Positions 1-11,600 of a DNA stretch of 64,000 bases are shown one piece after another. Source of the stretch: Raillietiella orientalis. Its lineage: Eukaryota. Below the pieces are notes generated by a model. The model did not search any database. It was not told where the DNA came from and was given only the letters and a program-made list of their open reading frames with translations. Both the position numbers and the translations under genes were made by a program. How positions within the stretch are numbered: the first letter of the stretch is position 1; each line of letters opens with the position of its first letter. The stretch lies in the NCBI GenBank assembly GCA_036172245.1, contig JAYWIR010000002.1, positions 3,162,001 to 3,226,000 of the forward strand, read 5' to 3'.

Positions 1-2455
1 GCCGCCCGCGCCACTTCGACCGGTGCCCCTCCTCTCCGCGTCGCTGCCATGCCGGACTCTCAGGAGGGCTTCGATTCGATGCTCCTGACGTGGGGCCGCG
101 CGTTACTGCTAGGAAGGAAAAGTGGGGCGTATGCGCCTTCGTTCCCTCCAGGGGGAGGGAGGGAAGGAAGGAGAGGCGTCCCTCGTGGGAGAGGCGTGCG
201 GCGCCGCCGTCGGAGCGAAGCGGGCATCGCATCCGTCGTCTTCGGCAGTCGTCGTCCGGCGGGAGGACGGACGCTACTGCTGGTTCTCGGCAGGCACAGC
301 GTCCTGTGGTCCAGGCGTGTGGCGAGGAGGGACACTCTCTCCCTCCTGCCATTTTTTTTTTTTTTTTGCAGCTGCTGTTGCTGCTGCCGCCGCCCTTTCG
401 TATTGATTTGCAGCAGCCGGCAAGGCTCTTTCAGGATAGGCACAGATGTTCTGCTATCTCATGGAGCAGCATCGAGACCACGATGGACTGCCTACCGGAC
501 CCGACACGGGGGTTGCTTGGAGAAGTTCCTCCGGCGCCCGCTGCCCTTGGTTACCGAAGGAAGGAGGGAGTGAGCCATTGGGGAAGGGCGACGTTCCCGA
601 AGTGCCATTCTGAAGTGAGGAGGCAGCGCTCCCGCGGCGCAGCGGACGAGGAAGGCCACAAGACACGGAGGAAGGGCCCTCCAGCGAGGGGGTTTCCCTC
701 TTCGCTTGCCTCTCGAGACAGGGGCCAGCGCACCCTCGCGCACTGGACAGGCTGCTCTCTTTGGTGCATAGCATTCCCAGGTGGCTCGTTGTCGTCCGGG
801 TTTCTCCCGGCTTGCGGGGGTAGAAGGTGAAGTGAGCCTTGCTGCGGGGGAGGGAAGGATTCGGGGCAAGAACTCCCGTCCTTCCCCTCTTCCTCTCCGT
901 CCCCGGCTCGGCACCGCGCGGCTCCCTCGAAAGGAGGCGGGCGCTCCGGGCTTTCCTTACCTCTCGGAGTCGAAGGCGCACGAGGTGCAGCTCCCAGAGG
1001 AAAGGACCGCTACGTGCGGCTGGCTTCTTGCCCTCGGAAGACGGGGTGAAGGGAGGGCAGCAGTCGGAGGGTCGTGGCGCTCGCACACGTGCGCTTCCTG
1101 CGCCGACGTGGAGGAGGGTAGTCTTCCGAGCCGGATGGCGATTCCTCCAATGCGCGCGCCTCCTCGGAAGGGTGTCTTCACGCAAAACGATCCCCACGGG
1201 CAAGGGGACTGGGGAACGGGGCTAAAGGAAAGGTATCCTGAACCGGGACGGCGGGCGGAGGCGAGTGCGGCCCATGGAGCGCATGCACCCAGGCTCCGGT
1301 CGTTCGGAAAGCTTTCGAACCCCACCCTTTCCCACAGTCGACCGGGAGGACTAGTGCCACCGCCGCCTTTCGACGACTGGCTGTCACCCCGTGAAGCTGC
1401 GCTGAGGTGTCGCGAGGACATCGAGGCACGCCCGGCTCTTTGTCCCTCCGATCGCCGCTGGCATCTGCCCCACGAGAGGCAGAGGACGTGCGCGCACTCA
1501 TGAAAGAGCGCACGCGCACACACTTTGCGGTTGGGCTCGCGTCGGCTGCAAGTCAGGGACGGAGCCGCGTGGCGATGGAGGGCCTCTCTGTTTGTGCTCT
1601 CCTGCCGGCCGTGCGCGAGCGGCCGGGCCGACTACTAGGGAAGCAGCGCGCCTCTTCTCCGGACGAGCGCGGAGCCCGGTTTCCTCGCGGCAAGGTCGAC
1701 TGGAAACCGTTCCATGTCCTCCTCCCCCCTCCCTTCCCCCAATTCTCCGCAATTGCGCGGCCACCGTTCGGCGAACGGCTCGAAAAGCCTTCAGAGGGGC
1801 GACCTTTCCAGTTAGGCCGGTGAGGCCACCCGTCCTTGTGGAGTGGGGGGATTCTGCTCTGCCGGGAGGGCCGGTTGAGAAGGCGGAGGAATTGCCACCT
1901 CCCCCCTCTTCCTCGACTTCCCTCTCTCTCATCGCGGCTTCTCCTCAGAGCCCTCGCAGTTCGCAGGGCTGCCGCACGGAGGAAGGGGTTCCCGACTGCT
2001 TACCGGTCTCGGAATGGCGGAAACGCGTAGCGCCATCGTTTCGATGTCGTTATCCCCGCCGATGGACTGAGATCACGGAGAGAGCGTCGGGCAGAGCGCT
2101 CATTCCAGGAGCCCATCGTTTCCGCTCTCGGGTGCTTTCTCATGTCTGCTTGCGGATCTCTCCCGAAAACCGTCCGCGACGTTCCCGGCACGGGCTCCCC
2201 CTCTCACCCTCCTCCGGCTCCGTCTCGCCTGCCGCGTCGCTCTGCTGAGGAGGCCCTTCGTGAGCCGCACGGTTTGGACCGAGGGATGAGTACACTATGC
2301 TCGCGTTTTCGGGGTTGGTGCGTTGGCGTGCGCGCCGCGGCACACGTAAGGTCGCCGAACACTGTGGGTGCGCTCTCTTGACCAGCACGTTCGCGCGCGT
2401 TCGTGGAGCCGCCCACCTCCTGTTCGTGGGGAGCGTCGCCGCGCGGAGGTGTATT

Positions 2456-2678
2456 CACCCAGTTCCTCTTTCCAGTATACGTATGCTTGTCCCGGAGATT
2501 AAGCCATGCATGTCTAAGTCCATGCCGAAACAAGGCTTGACCACGAACGGCCCATTAAATCAGCTGTGATGCCTAGATAGTACAATCCTTGGATAACTGT
2601 GGTAATTCTAGAGCTAATACATGCCTCCAACGCTTCCCCCTTGCGGATGGATGGTTTTTATTAGAAAAGGACCAACGG
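2456..2678 (+). pseudogene. Degenerate 18S rRNA 5' fragment (rDNA orphon, about nt 1-220 of SSU rRNA)
   Basis: Conserved SSU blocks AGATTAAGCCATGCATGTCTAAGT (2496-2519), CATTAAATCAG, TTGGATAACTGTGGTAATTCTAGAGCTAATACATGC (2589-2624) and TTTTATTAGA..ACCAA occur in the correct order and spacing. 2456-2486 aligns without gaps to TACCTGGTTGATCCTGCCAGTAGTCATATGC with many substitutions. No downstream 18S, 5.8S or 28S sequence was seen. Confidence 0.93.
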
Positions 2679-5600
2679 ATTCCCCTCGCAAACCCAGATA
2701 CTCTCCCTCGCAAGACGCGACTGGGGGAAGGAAGGGGAAGAGGAGCAGTCGTGCCCCTCGCCTCACCCCACGATCTGTCTAGCGGAAGAGGTGGTGGGTG
2801 ACGTGCTGGTCACGCGGCGTGCCATTGCTCCGGTCAGAAATAGGAATTCCTGCCGCTAACCCCCTTTGCCCTGGCTGGAGGAGGGAGAGAAAGGGATCGA
2901 AGATGTTGCTCCTGGAACGGTCGCGATCTCTGGAGGCAGCCGCTGTGAAGCGTGCGGGAAGAGGAGATGCGTTCCCGCGGATAGGCAGGAGACGGGGAAG
3001 GAGGTACAGGTGAACCCTGGTGAAAGAGGCTGTGAACCGGTGCATCTCCATACTCTCGGAGATCCCCGGACGTCCCTGGATGCCGTGTCGCCTCGTCGCA
3101 AGCGAAGAAAGTCGGACGTCCCGGTCACCCGTGGGAACGGAAGCTTTCCTCCATTCGCCCTTCTTCTGGACCTCCGGCTGCAGCGCAGCACAGGTAAGTG
3201 TGTGTGGGGGGAGAGGTCGATTCGGAGAAGGCGTCGGTGCATGAAAGTGGCAGGAGGGGGGGGGGAGCAGATCGAGGTACCCGCACGAGCTCTGGGGGAA
3301 GGTCCGTCAAAGGATGCTCCTTATCGCGCCGGGAGACAGCAATGCACAAAGGCCATGAATGCACAAAAGGGGCTAGGGGCCCGAGAGCGTACGCGATACA
3401 CGAGCAACGGGGCAAAGGCATGCGCACACGGTGAGTGCGCACGCGATACAGCACACATCCGTCGACCGATCGATCGATTCGACAATGGCCAGCATTTCAA
3501 CAAAAAAAAAAAAAAAAACGCGCCAACCAATGTGCTCTCCCGAGGTGCTGAGCGGAGAGCGCTGCTTGCACGTAAACACTCGTTGCCAAGGGTACGGATG
3601 CAATCGCCATTTCCATCGTCCGCCGTATAGGCTGTATACAAGCCGTATACGCATGGCGCCGAGATGCCGTGGTGACGCGTGGGGTGTTCGTCGAAGTGCG
3701 ACGTCTTCACGTTGACAGGGAGTGCGTGGGTCCATTGAGTTTGGCCGGGAGCGATTTGAACGCCGGATAGGAAAGAAGGCCCCATCCAGCCCGGAGAGCC
3801 TCCGATGCCAGAATCAAAAAAGTATTCGCGTCGAGAAATCTGGTGAAATGGTCGCTTGCGGTTCTACTTGAGGCCCTACGAGCGAGAGTGCGCGGCTGCA
3901 AAGCGTCCCTGATCGGAAATTCCTGTAGCGACTTCCGTTTCCCGTGGGTTCATCAATTTTTGTCGCATCTTTTTTGCTTTTTTTCATCACATTGCCGCAG
4001 TTCGAATCCGAATGCATAGAAGATTATGCGAAAGAGACAACTGGAGTTTTCCATTACGCTGCCCCAGCAGTTGTTCGGTTTCTAAGGAGAGGCGATCACG
4101 GGTTTCACGCAGGTTGTACGGAAATGGGAACATGGCCTTAAGGCACACTTTCCTCATCCCGCGAATTACTGCGTCAGGAGCAGCTGCTTGCTTCTCTATA
4201 TTCATACCATCTCCCATCGAGGAAATCTTAGAAAAAGGAAAAGGAAATAAGGCTTAGGAAATTGAGGCTCGTAGGTTCCCTTCGACCCCACCTATTCGTA
4301 TACACCTACATCATCCCTATTGGGTGGTGCGACCCTGTGTGCCTGCCTACTCGCACTTGTGTGCTGATCAACGGAGCCGTCAGTAAGGATATGGAGAACC
4401 ACGCTGCTCGGTGATACGCGGGAAGGCGACCCACGTGCGCTCAGCGACAATTTCCGCATCTCACGTACTCGGACGCTTGCTCGTTCTTTCGAGTCACAGT
4501 CCTGTTCCAGGACGGTTATTTCCGGGAACTTCGGTTGCTATTTTTAGACACGCATATGCTTTTTTTTTTTTTTTTCCCCTCTCTCTCTCTTCTTCATCAT
4601 CCTCTTTTTCTTCCCTTGCAGAGCTGCCATCGTAATAATTCTTACAGCCTCCCACAGGGGCTATCATGAGTTGCAATGGGAGCTCGTCGTATGGAGGGTT
4701 CGTTTTTCCGATCGAAGGATTTTCCCGGAAGAGGACGGCGTGCTCACTCGCTGACTGAAACCACAAAGACGGTGGATTTCGGCAGTGCTTCTGGGACGCA
4801 GAAAGAAGCCCTAGCAGATGGCCGGTTCCTTTTCCTCATTCTTTGCAGCGTGTCGTGTTAACACGACGGTGCGAATGAGCAAGGGTTGGGGTCGCCAAGG
4901 AAACGGGCTTTTTGTTCCATTCCTTTCGTTTCTCCTACGCCGTTGGCAGTTCTGCCTAGTGACGGACCCAAAGAAGCGAGCGTCCTGTCCCGAAACGCAC
5001 GGGCGAGAGAAGGAGGTGGGGGGGAGGTAAAGGAAATCGGTATATTCCAAGCTCGAAGTGGCGCGCTGCCGTCGCGAAGCAGGTGGAGAGGACACCTCCC
5101 GAAACCAGCGACTCTGAGCTCACTGGGGCTGTAGGGCTGCTCTTGCAGGGAGCAGCGGATGCCGGCGTGTCTTGTAGTATCTCTCGGCGCCAACGAGATT
5201 CGCACGAAACAGTCCGGGGATTTCCCTTTGACCCCGGAGAAAGAAGGGGGGGGGGAGACGGGGAGTGGGTGGGGTGGGAGGAGGAAGAGAGTGGGCCAAG
5301 CTGGTAGATTAGATGAAGCTCCAGGGACCGTTTCAAAATCGTAGCAGGGACTAGCACTCAGAGGATTCTCTCTCTTTGCTCCATGCCGATCGATGGTTCA
5401 ATCCAAGGCTCCCAAAGTTGCTCGAAGCTGAAGGCGACAGTCCCACAAGTGCTAGCCCGAGAAGAAGTGGAGGTCCCCCCCAATGGATGATGAGTCGCAG
5501 CGCAAGCTGGAGCCCCGTTCCTTGCTCTCGGACTCCCGAAAGCGAAGAAGGAGCGAGGGAGAAAGGACTCAAGTCACCTGTAAGTGCCGCGGCCAATCGA

Positions 5601-8600
5601 AGAAGGCTTGTCCAGAGCCTCCGTGAGCCCACCAGGGAACGAGGGAAGCGGAGGACAGGCGGGCGTGGAGGCACCGGCGAATCACCGGAGGACCGCGCTC
5701 GCTCCTCGGTGGCTTCGCTCGGACGGATTGCCGGGCAGACCTCAGCCAGAGGAGGGAGCACGGGAAGCCAACGATGGAAGATGACGCCGCACCCTGGTGA
5801 AACAGTCGGCAGAGGCGGTTTCTGCCAAGTTCGGGATGAGGCCAGGCACTGAATCAGATCCCGTTGCCACGACACAGCATCCACGAAAATCCCCGATCGT
5901 TTGGGATGCACTTGGGACTCCTGATTCGGCCGGGTTCCCCTAGCCGGTTGCAAGCCCGAACCTGGCGAGCTCTCCTGCGCCGAATGAATCATCCCGGATG
6001 TGCTTGATCTGGACAGCGCCGAGGTGTCCCCTGCCTACTCTCGCAAATTGACATCCCTCCCGATTTGCAGGGTGTTGCGCGGTGGACTTGTCGGAGGTAG
6101 CAGCAGAGAGCATAGTCTCCCGTGGGAAACCCAAATCGCTTCTACGAGGAGGTGGGGGCCAGCGATGGTTCCACGAGGCAACGGAGCTGAGAGCATTCCA
6201 GTCCTCCCCGAGGGGATTCGCCTCCGTTGCTACGAATCTGAACTTCTGGTGGGGCTTCTCAGGGAGGAGGAGGGATCCTCCAAAGCACTGGCTTGGCAAC
6301 CGCCGTGCCACCCTCCGTTCTGGTCGGGATTTTTTTTCGCGCGCGCGCGAATCACATAAGATGAGGGAGTCCGTGAGGTGACCAGCGAAGGGGGCGGAGT
6401 GTTTCGTAGAGAGTTCATTTCAGTAGCTCAGGATGTGGCCATCACTGGTGCCTGTTGCGACCGACCCCTTCTTGCTCGCGAGCTGAACAGAGGGGAATCT
6501 TGGCGGAGAGACGAACGGCTCCTCTCCCCCTTCGCCTCGTGTCCGAAGCGGCATCTTGAGGGCTTCACCCTGTTGCACTGGGGCGTTTACTTCCCAAACA
6601 AAGAAAGTATAAGCGGGCAATGTGGATTAGTAAATCCAGGGGTCCACGAAAATTTCCAGGGGAAGAAAGGAAAAATAAATAAATAAACGGGACTCGCGGG
6701 CCGACTACACAGAATGGCGGGTAAAGTGTAAGGGAGGGAACAATAAATACAGAAAGGAGCGTCAAAACACCGAGGAGAAAATAGGAGTCATCGGCCACAT
6801 CCGCCGTCTTTTCTGCGACCTGCTTGCGACGCAGGAGGTGCCCTGCTTCCCTCTGGAATCCTTCAAAGAGCAATTTACCACATTCCTCATCAAAGAGGAG
6901 TTGAGGTGTGTGGTCTCCAAACCTTGCTGGCGCGTCTCCTGCGTGTTCCAGGGAGCCCCGGTCTTCCTGACACAATGGAGGATTGGGCGATCGGGGAAGC
7001 AAGCGAAAGCTTGCCCCGAGCGAAGCGGCTACACAACAGCTCTTCCGGGATGCCCTCAATTCGAAGCAGGGCAGCTGCGGGATGTTTCCACGCGCTCCGA
7101 AGGTCGCTTCATTCCCCTGCGTGGAAGCCTCCAGTTCCCCGCAGCTGGCACAGTTCGGGGAGATGCCGCTCCTCTGGTCCAGCGATGGACATCACCGTAT
7201 CTGGCGAGTATGGAACTCTGTGCTGTTCCTCTCGTCTTTCAGTCGGCTTCTGCTTTCCCCAGAAATGGATTCCTGGGAATCGATAAGCCCATCGGCGACC
7301 ACTCTCTAGGTTCCCAGAAGTAGCTGAATTCGGCTCTCGATTCCAAGTCTGTCTGGTTTTTTTTCTCAGACATCTTTCCCTGTGCCCCCGACATGTATGT
7401 CATTCATCTCGAGGGTCACGGAACCGCTTCTCTCTCACACGGCTGTTATCCTTCTTCTCGCTTTGAGTCACTGCCGGTGGCAGCGGTCCTTCGGAGTGGT
7501 CACGTGAGGGTAGGGGAAAAGGGTCGCTTCCATCCCTAGTAACGAGAGTGCTTCCCGTGTCCACAGAGACAGGCTCTCCGGCATGCAACAGCTTTTTCTA
7601 CCACTGACCATAACCACAGACCCCGTTGATGCCACCCGGCTACGCCGGGACGTTTATTCAAACTCAACTTAGGGTCATTACAAAACGTGGTACAAGGCCC
7701 CACTAACTGCTAACATTTGGTCCCCATTCTAACGCATAATTCTTTCGCCCTGTTGAAAACCTCTTTACCGAGCACTCCCAACTGCAAGCCTCGAGACACC
7801 GGAAGTGGTGCAGCCGGAACAAGACTCTCGGTGTTCTCAGCACTGTCTGCCCTAAGGGCAAACGGTGACAGCAGCCTACCGGCAGGGTGGGAGTTTTCTC
7901 GTACGATTGCAGGAATTGAGAAACTCCTGGATGGCTGGAAAACGAGCGAGTTGGTGGATGATACCACTCCTCGTTCCTAGGCAAACTGTTTTGGTGGTGC
8001 GACTTCCCCCAGTACACAGCGTTGTGCTCCGCGTGGTGAAGCGCCGAAGCGAGTCTCCGCCAAATGCCCTCGCGTGCGACGCAGTCCAACAACAGATGAG
8101 GCAAGTTCCATCGCCCCGCAGTTCGAGCAGTTTGAGGATGCAACTTTCCTGGAAAGCAGGTGCTTGAGGCGTTTTCAGTTTCTTGATCCAGGAGTTTCCC
8201 AGTTCCTCTTTTGCGTGTGGACGCTTCGGTGCTCCCGTTGCAGTGGAAACAGGGTGTTCTGCTGTTTCTGCAGTAGGGTTCCCAGTGCAAGCACCGCAAG
8301 CACCTACTTTCCAGGGCAGCCGCTTTAATGAAGATGGCTGCAGGGAGGTGGCTTCACCTGCAAGAAATCTCCAGAGAGATCGCCACCATTCTGCACCAGT
8401 TCTAGGAAGGAAGGAGTGGATCAAGCCAAAGATCCCAGTCCCCACCTTCCCTTTTTTTTCCCCCCTCCCCAAAATTATTGTACCCTTTCTCCCACTCCGG
8501 ACCTCTTTAGAAGCTGACCTGCGTGACAGTGGTCATTCCCGTTGATCTTTTTTTTTTTTTTTTTTTTTACTTGTTTACTTTTAAAGTCCCGGTGTCACCG

Positions 8601-11600
8601 GGTCGAAACGAACTCTTTTCGGGAGCCTCCGGAAAAGGTGCAAGGAGCACCGGTGGGAGCGAAAACTACGATCTGATCACATCGGCATCGCTCTCCTCGA
8701 GCAGCGAAAGGGCATAGAAGGATGGGGCAGGGCGTTTTTGCTGAGTAGGCGCGCTGGGTTGCCGGAAACACGCAAGCTCGCCGAGAGAACTAAAGTCTGC
8801 CGTGAACATGTGGTAGCGCGACGGGCGCTTTTCATGGACGCGTTCGCAGCCCAAAAGTGGAGGAATATGGGCAGCCCTCGGCAGACAATGCAGCGAACTC
8901 CATGGGTGGGAGAAAATGAAGCGAGCAATAGTTTCCTGCTCCCCCGAGGAGGTGGAGGAGGAAGAGTCAGTAGGCTCGAGTGATGAAGCACTCTGCCAGT
9001 CGGGACTGCATTCCAGTGGGAGCGGGTCGAATGCCTGCCCCACCGATCTTTGCAATGTTTCCCAACAGCATCAGCGCGCTTTCTCAAAGGTGTGAAGTTA
9101 GCAAACGCCTCGCGAATAGCTCTTCGCAGGTACCACAAACCCTTGCTGGGCACTCCAGGAGTGACTTCCGGAGAAACTCCCCCTTCCCCAGTCCTCACTT
9201 TCGCTGCGGCTCCAGAGAGCTTCCTTTCCGAGCTCCTCATTTGAACGCCCTGATCATAGGGACAGGGGCACCCCACCAAGCAATCCGCTTGCCCTTAACA
9301 GCCCACGGGTGCAGCGTTCTGTGCGGCAATCTATTCTTGGCTCGCAGGTCTCCAGCTCCGTGTGCATCTACGGCACAAAACTCATGCATTCCAGCACTTA
9401 AGCGGAGTACCGAAACAGCTTGACTGCGACCACGCAAATCCTCCCAGCCGTTTGTCTTCACTCGTTGCGGATGAGCTGCATTCACCTGCCTTGTTCTCAG
9501 GATTTACCTGGTAGAGCAAGCATCGGTGGGGAACGCTGGAAAAATTCCTATGGTTACTACGCTCGGGTGCAGAAGGTGCTCCTGGTGATGACGATGCCAT
9601 TCGAGGGGAGCAACAGTGCTTCAGTGCACTGTCTTTCATGCAGAGCATTCGCTGGATGGCTTTCCTCCTCCATCAGCATCTCTACCAGGTGACTCGGATC
9701 AGCCGATTCAAGTGAACAAACGATGTCTATTCCGTTTGCTGAGTTCGGATCCGTGATAGGTGGAGCAGCACAGTTCTGGGTGGTAGTGGTACTCAAAAGT
9801 CAGACGGGAAAAACACATCATCACCGTTTTCTCCGGTCCTCGCGCTCCTGACGAGAGCTGGTTCCATTCCTTAGCAAGGAGTGCTATGAGGCTGTGCAAC
9901 TCATCGGGTTCCGCTCTTGCCTCTTGATCACTAGCTTCTTCGAGAGGTGAGGTGTGTTGCTCGTGGGTTGGACAAAGTTTGCGGTGATGACCGCCGCACA
10001 GCTTTTCAAAAGGACTCGTCTTCCATCCATATCTTCACGAGAATTATAAAAAAAGACAGAGTCCGGACGTTTCCCGGAAGATGAAAGGAACAAGGCACAT
10101 TTAGAAGCTCCCATTGAAAGTTCACGCTGGCTCTGCGGTTACAAATAAAGTTCGGTGCTGAAACATGACCAAGCGTGAGCTTGAATCAAAGCTGTACAGT
10201 ACGATTCAGGTTGCCACCTCTATTCTTTCCTCTCCCCAACTCTGGTATTTGGAATGGCAAAGACAGCTCCATGTATACTGGCTGAATTATTTATAAACTG
10301 CAATGGTGATTGTAATTATGGACCGATTACTAGATAAATATTTTTATCTGCCGTTGTTTTGCGAGGCGAGTCTCTGGTATTTTTTCACCGGTGCCTGGGA
10401 GCTCAGACTATGCACGGATGTCATCAGTGACACACGAAATGACATATGGGATATAAATACTTTGCGAATGCACATCCGTTTTGTGGTTTGTGCGCGCAAA
10501 CATGAAAATTCACGCCAGCGATACAAGAAGGATGTTCGGTTCATCATGGAACGGATTAAAATGAGAAACCATGAGACATCTCGACAGCATGTTGCCTCGA
10601 ACTGTCGGCATTTTGTCAGGCGTGACACCGTTGACATCTGTGTTTAGTTTGCTCGTCCAGGTATGGATATATGAAGCCACATTTCAGCCTGCTTCTCCTC
10701 GAATTCTGTGGGATTTATCCGACACATCAGACGCTGTATTTTGTATCTTCACCTCATTCATTATAGCAGTTTTCTACAAACACGCAGTATGATGGAAGTG
10801 TACCAGCAGACCCAGGTAGCAGCAGCAGGAAATCTGAAGTGTGCCAACGAGAGCTTCCCCCTCCCCCCTTCCCCTCTTTTTTTCTTTTTTTGAAGAGAGC
10901 AGCTCCCCTTTACGATCTTGCTCGTTTCGATTGAGTATGGAGAAGTCTGATTTATCTATCTGCCTTTAAGAAATGGATCGGGCAGTGAGGACTAGAAAAT
11001 CTGAAAGGCTAATCTTCGATTTGCTGCGCGACGTTGGAATAAGAGGGAACTTCCGCCTGCAAGGATTTAAAGCGATCCCATCCCACGGGCAGCCCACTCG
11101 ATCACCCCTGGTGGGTTCGCATTCAAGCTGGAGAGGAATTCTTCTGTGACCTGCTGCCATTTCACGGAATGGGAAAATTTCACAGCCTTCTGGACGGAAC
11201 CCTTATTCCTCATCTCCTTCCTGATGTGGAGATGGGGATTATCATCATCATCATTTTGCAAAGGATCATTATTTAGGTGTAATCGACACATGAATTTCTT
11301 TTGACACCTTAGCGAAGGGCCTTGTTTTGATCTGACCATCTCCAGGGTTTCCTGTCTCTTAGCTTTGTAGCGAGCAAAGATCATTAAGGTGCGGTTGCTC
11401 ACTCCTGACCATCAGGATTGATGGATTGATCGATCGATTTCTTAGGAAAGTCTTCCGAGAAATCGAATCATTACCCCTTCCCCCTCCCATCTCCACTCCT
11501 GCTTATTTTCCTGCTCTCTGGAAGTGGAGACCTGAAAGGCGAGTCACATTTGTCTCCTCACGTGGTTTGCTTACAGCAGCGCACCTCAGAGACCTTCCCC

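Noticed and set aside
49..6400. Numerous overlapping 100-250 aa ORFs
   Set aside because: Rich in Arg/Pro/Gly/Ser, open on both strands at once and without domains, as expected from stop-poor GC-rich DNA.
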